Notes: generated by a model from the letters alone, not told the origin. DNA of 64,000 bases from an uncultured virus (IMG/VR IMGVR_UViG_3300034023_001061) (IMGVR_UViG_3300034023_001061), one strand, 5' to 3'. Shown: positions 17,662-27,153, counted from the stretch's first letter. Numbers and translations: made by a program.

Positions 17662-18467
17662 GATTGCCTCTCGTCGAGTTCGGCGTTGCTGTAGTTGCGC
17701 CAGAATCGCGTGCGCAGCGTGCGAAGAGCACGCACCTCGATTTGCCTCACTCGTTCGGGAAAACAGCCGAACTCATCGCCACACTGCGCGAACGTTTTCG
17801 GTTCCCCGGTGAACCCGAAGCGGAGGTGAATAACGCGCTGTTGCTTCAGCGGGAGCGTCAGGAGGAACAGTCGCACCGTTCGGTCGCGGTCGCGTGCCAG
17901 CGCGATATCCTCCGGCGTCGGAATCGTTTGATCGTCGGCGTGGTCGATCGGGGCCAGTGGCGCCACGTCGGGCCAGAGTTCTTCGGGTGGCACGCAGAGC
18001 GCGGCGGCGATGCTTCGTGCCACGGGGCGCCACTGCCCGTCACGGCGTCGGATCGGTGACTCGCGACCCGTCTCCAGCGCGGCAAGAAGCGACGGGGTGC
18101 ATCCGCGAGCAATCACTGCGAGTTTCGTTACCGTGAGGCCCGCGGCGACGCGAGCGGCGGTGAGTTCCGATCGGCGGGTGTCTGCGGCCCGAAGGTGCGC
18201 GAGTTCCATGTTGCGTCGATGCTCCGCACTCCACTTCGCGTGCGGTTGGGCGTTTATTACGCGCAGGGCATGGAGTGTAGCACGTTCCTCGGTTGTCACG
18301 CCGTACGCCGTCGCCATCGCGTTGAGCATCCTGCGTGTCGGGCAACGCTGGTCGAGTTCGATACCGCAGAGGCTCGACTGCGACACGCCGAGTTCCTGCG
18401 CTGCCCTGCGCACACCCATTCTCGCCGCGACGCGCGCGGCCTTGAGCGCGATGCCGAGCGGTGTCAT
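17658..18467 (-). CDS. XRE-HTH x2 + sigma70 region-4 protein (paralog)
   Basis: Same architecture; LPLKQQRVIHLRFG..ERVRQIE. Confidence 0.85.
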   Translation of the reverse strand: MTPLGIALKAARVAARMGVRRAAQELGVSQSSLCGIELDQRCPTRRMLNAMATAYGVTTEERATLHALRVINAQPHAKWSAEHRRNMELAHLRAADTRRSELTAARVAAGLTVTKLAVIARGCTPSLLAALETGRESPIRRRDGQWRPVARSIAAALCVPPEELWPDVAPLAPIDHADDQTIPTPEDIALARDRDRTVRLFLLTLPLKQQRVIHLRFGFTGEPKTFAQCGDEFGCFPERVRQIEVRALRTLRTRFWRNYSNAELDERQS

Positions 18468-19945
18468 CGACGGGCGCCGCCGAACGAGAGCACCGGGCAG
18501 TCGGGGTAGTCCGCGAGGTTGTACTCGTGCTCGGGCGCGTCGGACTTCGGGGCTTCGGGCATCCCGCACGACACGGCCTTGCCGGTGGCCTTCGCGCGCT
18601 GTTGCTCGGGCGTGAGGTTCGCCGAGTCGTAGCCGCGGGGGATGCCCGTGGGAGCGGCGGTGCGGGCGACGAAGGGGCGCTCACCGTTGCGCCGCCGACC
18701 GTTCGCGACCCACTTCTCGGCGACCGCGAGGCGCCCGGTGAACCACCCGTCCGTGACACGATCGATGCCGATCACGTCGTAGTGCCCGTCGCCGTTGACG
18801 CCGAGCATTTCGCCGACGAGTACCCACTCCGCGATGTCGGGGAACGTGAGCGCGCACCGTGCGAGGTTGCGCCACACCCCGTCGGACCACTTCGACCCCA
18901 TCGCGAAGCGGTCGCCCGCGGCGTCGGCGAGGGCCTTGACGCACGCCAGCGTCACCGACGGGTGCGGGCCGCGAGCCTTCTTCTCCTTCGGCGGGGCCTT
19001 CTCGCCGCTCGACGGGGCCTTGCGGGCGCTCCGAGGCTTCGCGGCGGGCTTCGGGGCGTCGGTTGCCTCCGAGGGCGTTGCAGGGGCGGTGGGGGCGTCG
19101 GCGAAGAGTGTCGGTTGCTGCATCGGGGCTCCGGTGGGTTGCGAACTCATTGAGGTATGGGAGGGGCGCTGCGGTGTGGCGGGCGTCGCCGTCGGTTCGG
19201 TTGCGAGACGGAGAGTCGGTGCCCGTGATTCACCGCCCGAGTGCGCCGCAGGCGGCACGACGGGCACGACCCGAGTAGGGTCGTTCTGTGTGGGTGCGTG
19301 TGCGACGATTGCGGCGCTGCGCAGAGACACCGTAGGTGTCTCTTCTGTTGTATTGGGGATCGGAACGGGACGGGACGGGACGGGGCGATCGGCTTGCGAT
19401 TTTGCGATCGGCGCATGATTGCCGCTGCAATCTGCACGATTGAGCCCGCCACGCGCCGTATCGTCGGCGAAGTTGGCGCTGTCTTGTGACACCGGCTTCA
19501 CGGCGGTGCGACCGCGAAGCGATCGGTTTGCGACGACGTTTGCGATTTTGCGATCGGTGCCCCACCGCACCTCGTTGCCCTTCTTGCCAGCCTCCGACCG
19601 CTTGCGGGAAACGTCGGCGCGTTTAGCTTCGACCTCCTCGCGGGTAGGCTGGTACACCAACCAATCGTGGAACGCCCACTGGTTCGGGCCGACGGACTCG
19701 AAGTAACCCACCGACACGAGCGCCGCAATCGCCCCTTCTACGGCGTCCGGGGGGAGCATCACGACGCGACGTGCGCGGTCGAGCGTGAACACGCCGTCGG
19801 TGAGTCGGGATGCGCAATCGGCGCCCATGAGAGTCCACGTCGCGACGGCGTACGCGAAGGCTCCATGATCTTCACCGACAGATTCACGCAGGCGTTCGAG
19901 TTTCGGGTGAGAAGCGAACCGATCGTCGATCTTGAACCACGTCAT
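18464..19945 (-). CDS. Phage replication initiator-like protein
   Basis: MTWFKIDDRFASHPK...FHDWLVYQPT; low-complexity linker. Confidence 0.7.
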   Translation of the reverse strand: MTWFKIDDRFASHPKLERLRESVGEDHGAFAYAVATWTLMGADCASRLTDGVFTLDRARRVVMLPPDAVEGAIAALVSVGYFESVGPNQWAFHDWLVYQPTREEVEAKRADVSRKRSEAGKKGNEVRWGTDRKIANVVANRSLRGRTAVKPVSQDSANFADDTARGGLNRADCSGNHAPIAKSQADRPVPSRPVPIPNTTEETPTVSLRSAAIVAHAPTQNDPTRVVPVVPPAAHSGGESRAPTLRLATEPTATPATPQRPSHTSMSSQPTGAPMQQPTLFADAPTAPATPSEATDAPKPAAKPRSARKAPSSGEKAPPKEKKARGPHPSVTLACVKALADAAGDRFAMGSKWSDGVWRNLARCALTFPDIAEWVLVGEMLGVNGDGHYDVIGIDRVTDGWFTGRLAVAEKWVANGRRRNGERPFVARTAAPTGIPRGYDSANLTPEQQRAKATGKAVSCGMPEAPKSDAPEHEYNLADYPDCPVLSFGGARR

Positions 19946-20781
19946 TGAGCGGAACCCTTGCGAGAGATTTCATCGATGAAGGCCACGAGTTCGCGCGACG
20001 GGTTGAACCACTCGCCGTGCAATCGATCCTTTGCGAACGCGCGGTGGAGAGTGCGCTCGACTTCGATGCCGCCGCGCATCGTCGCGACGACGCGCAGAAC
20101 GTACGGACTGCCGACTTGCAGTTCCGTGAGTCGGCCATCCGGCGATGTGCTGTGCCCGATCTTGATCGGACCGCCCCCGGCGCATTGTACGAAATACACG
20201 TAACGCGCGGGAGTTCGCTCCGGTTGGTGCAACGTGCTTTCGATGTAAAACCGATCGTGCCTTCTACAAGCGGCGCAACTGAGACACGTAAACTCGTGCG
20301 AACCGAAGTCCGCGCAGAAGACGGCCCCGCCGCCAGTGGTAGACCGCCATGCGACGTAGGCGCGCTTGCTGTCGTACCGTCTCAGAATCACGACCGGAGC
20401 ATCGTCGAGGTTGAAATCGTCCGTGTAGGACTCCCACAGAGCCTCTACGACGAAAGCTACGTGCTCTACCCACGACGGGCACCCCCACCGAGGATCGTGA
20501 GGGTCGTTACGGATTGAGTTGACGCATCGGTCGAACGATGCCTTGCTCGATCGCCAGTTCACGTTCCAGTCGTTCTGGAACTTGCACGCGTTGTCGTACA
20601 ACCCCACCGAGATGCCGAAGGCGCGGTCGCTTTCGTCTGTCAGGTAGATACCGCTGTGACCGTCGCGGGAGAGGTCGAAGTGAGGAATCTCACCGCGATC
20701 GTTGTACCATTGGATCGAGTAGAACGGCGAATCGCCGTAACTCGGGTGCGTGACTTCGCTTGCAGTCTCGCCTTCGCTCAT
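19942..20781 (-). CDS. T5orf172 (GIY-YIG-like) domain protein
   Basis: VYFVQ..IKIGHS..RLTELQVGSP..ERTLH..RLHGEWF. Confidence 0.85.
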   Translation of the reverse strand: MSEGETASEVTHPSYGDSPFYSIQWYNDRGEIPHFDLSRDGHSGIYLTDESDRAFGISVGLYDNACKFQNDWNVNWRSSKASFDRCVNSIRNDPHDPRWGCPSWVEHVAFVVEALWESYTDDFNLDDAPVVILRRYDSKRAYVAWRSTTGGGAVFCADFGSHEFTCLSCAACRRHDRFYIESTLHQPERTPARYVYFVQCAGGGPIKIGHSTSPDGRLTELQVGSPYVLRVVATMRGGIEVERTLHRAFAKDRLHGEWFNPSRELVAFIDEISRKGSAQ

Positions 20782-20858
20782 ACGTTCCGAGCCCCTCCGG
20801 TCGCAACCGTCGCCAGTGTTTCTGAATACGCGAGGCATACTAAACGAGACGACGGTTG

Positions 20859-20888
20859 TTGCGCAAGCACCTAATAGCGATTTATAGT
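20859..20888 (+). promoter_or_regulatory. Sigma70-like leaderless promoter
   Basis: TTGCGC-N18-TATAGT-N6-ATG. Confidence 0.6.
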
Positions 20889-20894
20889 CCGAGC

Positions 20895-21110
20895 ATGGCA
20901 CGCCCGAAGATGATCGATGAACCGACCGCGATTGCGTTTCGTTTCCCGACGGCGCTGCTCGCCGCGGTAGACGCCACGGTCGAGCGCGTCAACAGCGAGA
21001 ACCCCCACGGCCCGCGCAGAACGCGCGCGGACTTAGTGCGGGAGTGTGTGTCGCGCGGGCTCCTGCAATGGTTCCCGTCGCCCGACTCCGAAACCACCCG
21101 CGCCGCGTAG
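20895..21110 (+). CDS. Ribbon-helix-helix (CopG-like) regulator
   Basis: IAFRFPTALLAAVD...TRADLVRECV; divergent from replication operon. Confidence 0.75.
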   Translation: MARPKMIDEPTAIAFRFPTALLAAVDATVERVNSENPHGPRRTRADLVRECVSRGLLQWFPSPDSETTRAA

Positions 21111-21129
21111 CTGCACGTAGGGCAACGCC

Positions 21130-21528
21130 GTGTCACGTACCGCGGCGCTGCGTGGCGGAATGCGAACATCCCGACACGCCTACCGCAAGTCCGCCACGTT
21201 CCGCAAGCGCAGAAATCGCGCTCGCATTTTGATACGGAGCAGCATGGAACCGCGTCGCGCATCACGCACACAACTTGCCGCCCTTCGCGGCGCCTTCGCT
21301 CGCGCCTCGGGGCTGCGCCGCTCGCAGGTTCGCGTGCGTGTCTGCCCCGAGGATATCGGTTGCCCCGGCATCGACACGGGCCACGTCGTGATCGACGTTC
21401 GCGTGACCCCCGGCGACGGCGTGTACTACTGGTCGCGTACCTGCCACGCGGAGTGGTCACATCGCTTCGTGCGACGCCTCGCACGCGGCCTCGCCGAAGG
21501 TCACCGCACTGGCGTGAGCGTGCCGTGA
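21130..21528 (+). CDS. Basic hypothetical protein (start uncertain)
   Basis: Fills gap after RHH gene. Confidence 0.45.
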   Translation: MSRTAALRGGMRTSRHAYRKSATFRKRRNRARILIRSSMEPRRASRTQLAALRGAFARASGLRRSQVRVRVCPEDIGCPGIDTGHVVIDVRVTPGDGVYYWSRTCHAEWSHRFVRRLARGLAEGHRTGVSVP

Positions 21529-21688
21529 GCGACGCGACGCACGCTTGCCACGAACACCTCGTGCTCACCGCGCGCCCCGGTCGCGTGCTTACGTGGCACG
21601 GCGAACACAACCCGCGACCGGGCGAAATGCCGCTCGGTAACGTTGCAGACGCGGTGCCCGCTGCGGACGAGCGACGGCTTGCGGGCGC

Positions 21689-22093
21689 TCACGGCGTCAC
21701 CTCGTCCGTGCCCGTGTCGCCCGACTCGATGCCGCGCATCGCGTCGCCGAGGGCCGCGCCCACCGCGCGGAGCGTCGCCGTCGACTTGAGACCGTCGTAG
21801 CGGTGCGCTTCGTCGCGCACGCGAGCGGCGCATCGGGCGCGCTCCGCGGCGACGGCGGCATCGCGCTCGCGAGTGAGGCGGGCGTTCTCGGCGCGCAGCG
21901 CGATCACGTTGTGGGCGAGGTCTTCGGACGCAGCGTTCATGGCGCCGTACGCCACCTTTTTCCGCGAGCACGATTTGCACAGGCACCCGTAATAAACGCT
22001 TGACACGTCGTGCGTGCAGACCAGCGCGTCGGCTTCTACGATGGCGTCGAGCAGCGCCCGCGCCTCTTCGGTGGTGACGTTTCGGGCGCTCAC
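21689..22093 (-). CDS. Coiled-coil hypothetical protein
   Basis: GTGA overlap; LRAENARLTRERD. Confidence 0.6.
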   Translation of the reverse strand: MSARNVTTEEARALLDAIVEADALVCTHDVSSVYYGCLCKSCSRKKVAYGAMNAASEDLAHNVIALRAENARLTRERDAAVAAERARCAARVRDEAHRYDGLKSTATLRAVGAALGDAMRGIESGDTGTDEVTP

Positions 22094-22551
22094 GGCGTCA
22101 CCACGGCGCGCTTGCAGGGGCGGCACTTGGCGTCGAGCGGCCACCACGGACGCCCTCCGGTCCCTCGGATGTACCGAACGCCGCTTGAGTGTTCGATCAC
22201 ACGCGGGCGCCCCTCCCACATGCAGAGCCACGACGAACCGAGTCCGTTCGCGCGTTCGTGCGCCTCGACTTCGGCATCGGTCGGCGGAACGTCGCTCCCC
22301 TCGATGATCGCGCGGGCTTCGTCGCGCTGTTGCTCGGTCGCCGCGAGCGAGTTGAGGAGCCCGCTGCGCTCGTCGAGCAACTCCGCGATGGTGGTCTGCG
22401 CGCCAGTGATCGTGAGCGCCTGCGCGTCGATCACCGCGAGCAACCCGCGCACCAGCGCGGGCGCGTCGAAGTTGCTCCAGTTGCCGCCATAGTTGAGCGC
22501 GTCGAGTGCTTCGCGCGCGAGTTCGATGGGGTCGGTTTTCGGGTCGATCAT
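22090..22551 (-). CDS. Hypothetical protein
   Basis: ATG after GTTAAAG-N17-CGTAAGAG motif at 22552-22606. Confidence 0.65.
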   Translation of the reverse strand: MIDPKTDPIELAREALDALNYGGNWSNFDAPALVRGLLAVIDAQALTITGAQTTIAELLDERSGLLNSLAATEQQRDEARAIIEGSDVPPTDAEVEAHERANGLGSSWLCMWEGRPRVIEHSSGVRYIRGTGGRPWWPLDAKCRPCKRAVVTP

Positions 22552-22904
22552 GAATGCCTCTTACGTCGCGGCGTCGCAGGTTCTTTAACCGCGGCGACCG
22601 TTTTCTTGCCGTGCGCCGGTTCGATCCCCACGAGCGCCCGCAGGTAGGCGACTTGCGACGCGAGGAGCCCCTCCCACAAGCGCGACCCGATCCAACGACC
22701 GGCGTTGTCCGCGCGCTCACGCGAGGCGTCGAAGATCGCCACGAGTTGCCGACGTTCGGCGGCGGTGAGGTTCCGCCGCTCGCGCAGGGCCGTGAGTTCG
22801 GCGGTGCGAGCGGCGTCCGTGGCTGGCATGATGTACTCCCGCAGCGCCTCGACGTGCGGCGCGAGCGCAGCGGGCACGGGCGGGTCGGCGGCGCGCTTGC
22901 TCAC
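22548..22904 (-). CDS. Hypothetical protein
   Basis: Overlap chain. Confidence 0.55.
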   Translation of the reverse strand: MSKRAADPPVPAALAPHVEALREYIMPATDAARTAELTALRERRNLTAAERRQLVAIFDASRERADNAGRWIGSRLWEGLLASQVAYLRALVGIEPAHGKKTVAAVKEPATPRRKRHS

Positions 22905-23515
22905 GGGAGCACCACCGCGAGAACCACGTCGCGCCCCGACACGCCGACGAGGTGAAACCCGAGGTCGTACAGGTTGCGCAGCATCGTCCACGCGGCCCGC
23001 ACGGCGGGGTGGAAGAACGTGCACGCCTCGAACGGGCGCGGCCCGTTGAGTTCGGTCGCGAACGCTTCGTCGAGTGCGAGTTCCTGCCCGAACGGTCGCA
23101 GGATTGCGCGGCCCCACGTATCGGCGTGGTGGTCGCGGAGGTCGCTCTCGCTCATCGCGCGCCACACCACGTTCGTGCCGTCGCCGAGCATCGCCTTCAC
23201 GATCTGCACGGCGTCGAGCATCGCCGTGACTCCGAGCGACGCCACGGCGACGACGTTCGCGAGGCGCAGCGGCCTTGCGAGGTGCCCGACGCCGTAGCGG
23301 CACAGGTGCGTGCCTAGACCGGGCACCGAGAGGGCGCCCGTGCCGTCGCAGCGCTTGCAGTACCACTGCGGTGCGCCTTCGCCCGCGGGCCACGGGTAGA
23401 GCGCAGCAGCGGCGAGGCGAGCGAGCGCTACGTCGGCGTCGTCGTCGTGCCCGCGGACGATGGCTTGCACCGCGTCGAGGGCGGGGCGTTCGGGGTGAAG
23501 GCTCGTGGTGTTCAT
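22901..23515 (-). CDS. Hypothetical protein
   Basis: RBS GAGGAG; CKRCDGTG. Confidence 0.65.
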   Translation of the reverse strand: MNTTSLHPERPALDAVQAIVRGHDDDADVALARLAAAALYPWPAGEGAPQWYCKRCDGTGALSVPGLGTHLCRYGVGHLARPLRLANVVAVASLGVTAMLDAVQIVKAMLGDGTNVVWRAMSESDLRDHHADTWGRAILRPFGQELALDEAFATELNGPRPFEACTFFHPAVRAAWTMLRNLYDLGFHLVGVSGRDVVLAVVLP

Positions 23516-23583
23516 CGGTGGCTCCTCTCAACAGGCGAAGCCTCCCGTGCTCGCGCAGGGGAGGCGGTGGCGATGCGTGGCGC
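23516..23583 (+). repeat. Candidate IS200/IS605 end remnant
   Basis: TCAT, then GAAG-CCTCCCGTGCTCGCGCAGGGGAGG resembling right end of element 1. Confidence 0.4.
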
Positions 23584-23889
23584 TCAGTCGTCGCCGAGGT
23601 TGAGCATCTTGCCGAGACTGAGAAGGTCGGCGATCACGTCGATGGGGCCACCGTTCGCTGCGATGATCGCGTCGCGATGCGCAGTAGCCTCCGCGACGGC
23701 GGCGTCGCTGGCGCTCACCATCGCATCGAAGAGCGCCTCGCGCTCGGCGCTGCCGTAGACGAGGCGCTCGCGGAGGTCGGTCTCGTAGGCGGGTTCGACG
23801 ATGGTCGCCGTGATCTTGCGGAGGCGCGCTGCGTAGGCCGCTTCGGCGGCGGCAATGGCGGCGGACTGCTCTGCGGTGCGGTTGTTCAT
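23584..23889 (-). CDS. Ala-rich hypothetical protein
   Basis: ATG after promoter motif. Confidence 0.65.
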   Translation of the reverse strand: MNNRTAEQSAAIAAAEAAYAARLRKITATIVEPAYETDLRERLVYGSAEREALFDAMVSASDAAVAEATAHRDAIIAANGGPIDVIADLLSLGKMLNLGDD

Positions 23890-23945
23890 AGTGTCCCTTC
23901 TACGCCCGTGGTCCCGCAGTTCTTTACGGCACCGTGCCGATTTCT
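23890..23945 (-). promoter_or_regulatory. ECF-like promoter motif
   Basis: AAATCGG..CCGTAAAG-N17-CGTAGAAGGGACACT-ATG. Confidence 0.7.
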
Positions 23946-23952
23946 CTCGCCG

Positions 23953-24321
23953 TTACTTCGCTCCTACGCAAGCGGGCGCCTTCGCAGGAACGTTCGCTCG
24001 CGTGTACCATCGGCGAGGGTGCTCGATCGCGGCGTCAAGGTCGGCGGAGGCGAGCGCGCTCGCGAGGAGCACACGGCGGTTCACGTCCGGCAGGTTGCAG
24101 ACCGGGCCACCGTCTTCTTCGGCCACTTGAACTCGCCACGCGCTGCGGTGGGTTACCGTCCCGAAGCGATCTGTCTCGTCCCACTCCCCGCCATAGACGC
24201 GCCCGAAGAGAAAACCCTCCTGCGCGAGCAGTCCCACGAGGACGACCCACGCGGCGTCCGCGGTCGCGAAACCGCCGTATACGTGTTCCCAGCACCATTG
24301 CGTGTCGTCGATGGCTTGCAT
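23953..24321 (-). CDS. Hypothetical protein
   Basis: ATG after GCGTAAGA-N16-CGTATGAG. Confidence 0.65.
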   Translation of the reverse strand: MQAIDDTQWCWEHVYGGFATADAAWVVLVGLLAQEGFLFGRVYGGEWDETDRFGTVTHRSAWRVQVAEEDGGPVCNLPDVNRRVLLASALASADLDAAIEHPRRWYTRANVPAKAPACVGAK

Positions 24322-24412
24322 GGTGACTCATACGCCTCGTCGGAGGCGATTCTTACGCCTGTTCTGGCGATGCCGTTGCGTTTCGCCGGTTCGTCTGGCA
24401 GCATCGACGATC

Positions 24413-24745
24413 ATGGCGACCACAAAACGCAAGTCTCAGAAGAATGGCATCCGCGACATGAAGGACGACGACCCCACTGCGAAGCTGTTTCGCGCGCTTG
24501 ACGGGCGTCACTTCACCCTCGATGGCGTGAGCGGCGTCCTGAGTTACGAGAAACTCGTCGCGACGTACCCCTACCCGCACGTCGACCACTCGTTTCACCA
24601 CACGGCGGACGCGAAGGGGCGCCGCTCCGAGGAGTACCTCAAGGTGCGGAGAATCCTCCGCGACGACTGGTCGACGGACCTTACGAACTCCGAGCGCCTC
24701 GGCGAAATCGCGCAGAAACTCCGCGTCAACACGTCGAAGCTCTAG
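24413..24745 (+). CDS. Hypothetical protein
   Basis: Protein-like composition; TTGCGT-N17-CAGCAT upstream. Confidence 0.65.
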   Translation: MATTKRKSQKNGIRDMKDDDPTAKLFRALDGRHFTLDGVSGVLSYEKLVATYPYPHVDHSFHHTADAKGRRSEEYLKVRRILRDDWSTDLTNSERLGEIAQKLRVNTSKL

Positions 24746-24763
24746 GCGCCCGTAACGCAGCGC

Positions 24764-24792
24764 GTGACAACGCAACCGTTCGCGGTTAGCGT
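24764..24792 (+). promoter_or_regulatory. Sigma70-like leaderless promoter
   Basis: GTGACA-N17-TAGCGT-N6-ATG. Confidence 0.55.
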
Positions 24793-24798
24793 GCTCGC

Positions 24799-25056
24799 AT
24801 GGCATCACGTCGTTGCACGCCTGAGTGGTTGATCGCGGAGGCTGCGCGCCTTGCTGCGTGCGCGTGGTCCGACGACCGGGCGCGGGCGGAGGCGATCGGG
24901 CACCTCTGCAACGCCGCAGTGCGACTGCGGGAGGTGTCCGCGCGTCGGGCGGCGGAGCGCGACCGCGAGGCCACCATCGCCGACGCGGCGGAGCGGGCGA
25001 TGCGGTTGCTCGGGGAGTACGTCGGGGGCGACGGTTCCGGCGCGATGCGCCAGTGA
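24799..25056 (+). CDS. Hypothetical protein
   Basis: ATG 6 nt after -10 box. Confidence 0.55.
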   Translation: MASRRCTPEWLIAEAARLAACAWSDDRARAEAIGHLCNAAVRLREVSARRAAERDREATIADAAERAMRLLGEYVGGDGSGAMRQ

Positions 25057-25088
25057 CAACCGTGCGGGGCGTGGTTATCGGTTGCGGA

Positions 25089-25574
25089 ATGAGCGACACA
25101 ACGACCGAAGAGAAGCCCGTTTCTGAGGCCGCAACCCCCACCGCCGCGAACGTTCGCGATCAGTCCGCGTTCATCGACGAGTCCGAGGATATGTTCCGCA
25201 CGGCGTGTGACCTCGCCGCCGAACCGTGGCAGAACGAGACGCTGCGCCTGCGAGCGATCGTGTTCCTCGTGCGGAGCGGGACGAGGCTCCGCGAGATGGA
25301 GCACGCCGCCGATGCTGCGTCAGTCGAGCGGGAGCGGATGACCGATGAGCGGGAACGGATGACCGATGAGCGGGAACGCGAGATCCGTCGGCACGAAGAG
25401 ATGCGCGCCAACGATCGCGAGCACGCGGAGGAGAACCGTCGCAGGGCGCTCATCGAAACCCTCCTCCCGATGGCTCTCGCAGCACACGCGGAGGGCAAGA
25501 ACATCGACTTCTCGTCGGCGTTGAACTCCGCCTTGGAATTCAAGAAGCTCTTCGATCTGATTCTCAAGCCGTAG
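25089..25574 (+). CDS. Coiled-coil protein with ERERMTD repeats
   Basis: ATG after GTGACA promoter shared with 31442. Confidence 0.65.
   Translation: MSDTTTEEKPVSEAATPTAANVRDQSAFIDESEDMFRTACDLAAEPWQNETLRLRAIVFLVRSGTRLREMEHAADAASVERERMTDERERMTDEREREIRRHEEMRANDREHAEENRRRALIETLLPMALAAHAEGKNIDFSSALNSALEFKKLFDLILKP
25326..25378 (+). repeat. 21-bp in-frame tandem repeat, ~2.5 copies
   Basis: GAGCGGGARCGGATGACCGAT. Confidence 0.85.
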
Positions 25575-25576
25575 TC

Positions 25577-25849
25577 CTACTCCGCGATGTGGCAAGGCCA
25601 CCACACGCGGGTCGCGGCGTCGTAGAGGCTCACGACGGTGATCCAGCCGCCGCTCGTGGCCTCCGCGGCGCTCACGAGGGCGGCAGTGAGCGACCGCTTG
25701 CCACGTCCGATTGCGGTGGCGCCTCGCACCCCGTCGTAGACGGTCTGCACGCTAGCGTCGCCGCGCCGGTACGTGGTGAGAGTGAAGCGGCCGATGCGCC
25801 CGGTGATCGGGTCGCCGCTCGTTGAATCGACGATGCCTTGCTTGCTCAC
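25577..25849 (-). CDS. Hypothetical protein
   Basis: RBS GAGGAG. Confidence 0.6.
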   Translation of the reverse strand: MSKQGIVDSTSGDPITGRIGRFTLTTYRRGDASVQTVYDGVRGATAIGRGKRSLTAALVSAAEATSGGWITVVSLYDAATRVWWPCHIAE

Positions 25850-25861
25850 GGTGTTCTCCTC

Positions 25862-26356
25862 TCAGCCCTTCTTCTCGATGCGCTCGATGGCCTTCTTCGC
25901 CTTCGCGAAGTCCGCGGGCTTCGGCGGCATGTACCAGTCGCGCATCCCCTTCGCGGAGAAGTGCGCCTCCGTGCGGTGCCTGAGTTCGTAGTAGAGGCGC
26001 TGGTCGAACGAGCGCAGCCCGCGCTCCTCGCAGATCGTCGCCTCGTACCGTTTCCACTCCGCGGCGAGCGCGTGCAGCCCCGCGAGTTTCGCCTGCGCCT
26101 TCGCGAGCGAAATCGCGTGGGCCTTCGCGTCCTTGATCGCAGCGCCGAGGTGCGCAGCCTCGCGGGTGGCGCACGTATCCCCCATGATGGCGCGCGTACC
26201 GTCGCTGAGTTCGACGTGCGCGTGAACCTCGTGCTGCGCGCCGCAGCGGGCGCACTCGTTCATCACGCCGCTACCGGGGATCGGGAACGCGCCCTGCGGT
26301 CCGACGGTCCAGTTGCGGGTGTCGATCACGGTGATGACGCGGGTGATGGTTCGCAT
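25862..26356 (-). CDS. Zinc-finger hypothetical protein
   Basis: CARCG...MGDTCA; promoter motif upstream. Confidence 0.7.
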   Translation of the reverse strand: MRTITRVITVIDTRNWTVGPQGAFPIPGSGVMNECARCGAQHEVHAHVELSDGTRAIMGDTCATREAAHLGAAIKDAKAHAISLAKAQAKLAGLHALAAEWKRYEATICEERGLRSFDQRLYYELRHRTEAHFSAKGMRDWYMPPKPADFAKAKKAIERIEKKG

Positions 26357-26400
26357 GGTGTCCCTTGTACGGTGCAAGTCGGGCGGACCTTACGCCGCCC
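26357..26400 (-). promoter_or_regulatory. ECF-like promoter motif
   Basis: GCGTAAGG-N16-CGTACAAGGGACACC-ATG. Confidence 0.75.
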
Positions 26401-26402
26401 GG

Positions 26403-26609
26403 TCACTTCGTCGCGAAACGCTTCTCCGCAGCGGCGAGTTCCGCGCCCGTGAGGGGCACGCACTCCGACTCGAACAAGTAGTGACCGTAGCCGAACTCGT
26501 CGCCGAGCCACACGCGACCTTGTGATCCGCGGTTGCCGGTGCGGCCAATATCGCCCGACGGAGCGTGGCGGACGAGGGTGCCGGTGGGGATGCTGGTGTT
26601 GTCGTTCAT
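26403..26609 (-). CDS. Small SH3/KOW-like beta protein
   Basis: IPTGTLVRHAPSGDIGR..RVW. Confidence 0.65.
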   Translation of the reverse strand: MNDNTSIPTGTLVRHAPSGDIGRTGNRGSQGRVWLGDEFGYGHYLFESECVPLTGAELAAAEKRFATK

Positions 26610-26665
26610 GGTGTCCCTTGTACGCCTGCCGTCGCGGCAACCTTACGCCGCACTCGCCGATTCTT
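26610..26665 (-). promoter_or_regulatory. ECF-like promoter motif
   Basis: AATCGG..GCGTAAGG-N16-CGTACAAGGGACACC-ATG. Confidence 0.75.
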
Positions 26666-26677
26666 GCTGGGGCTCCA

Positions 26678-26932
26678 TCAACGGCGCTTCGCGGGAGCGC
26701 CACGGCGGGCGCGGGTAGCGGCGGCGCGTCGCTCCGCGCGGTTGCGCGGGTAGTCGTTGTCGACGGGGTTCGGAGACTCCGACGCGCGGAGGGTGATGGA
26801 CTCGGCGTGCATCCACTGGCGCAGGGCGTCGTCGCGGTCGGCGTCGTCGGCGACCATCGTGACGCGCTCGACGGTTGACGTGGAGGGCGCCAGCGCGGCG
26901 ATAGCGGCGTATGTGAGACTGGTGGATTTCAT
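26678..26932 (-). CDS. Hypothetical protein
   Basis: NRAERRA tail; GTGAAG-N17-CGTCGAAG upstream. Confidence 0.6.
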   Translation of the reverse strand: MKSTSLTYAAIAALAPSTSTVERVTMVADDADRDDALRQWMHAESITLRASESPNPVDNDYPRNRAERRAAATRARRGAPAKRR

Positions 26933-26964
26933 GGTGGCTTCGACGCTCCCGGTCGCAGTGTTCT

Positions 26965-27153
26965 TCACTTCGCCACCGCGGCTTCGTACGCGGCGCGGGC
27001 GGCGCACGCCTTCTGCCACGCGAGGCGCTCACGGTGTCGCGCGAGGCCCACCGTGCGCGAGCCAGACACTTCGGCGCGGTATGCCGCGCGGGCGGCGCTC
27101 TCGTGGGCGACGGTGGCGGTTGCGTAGGCGGCGCGGAGGGTCTCGGTGTTCAT
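26965..27153 (-). CDS. Small Ala-rich protein
   Basis: ATG after promoter motif. Confidence 0.6.
   Translation of the reverse strand: MNTETLRAAYATATVAHESAARAAYRAEVSGSRTVGLARHRERLAWQKACAARAAYEAAVAK

Noticed and set aside
25846..25865. GGAGAACACC before a GTG, similar to the element RBS
   Set aside because: No hairpin or GCGTGG block; treated as an ordinary RBS. It does show this RBS style also occurs natively.
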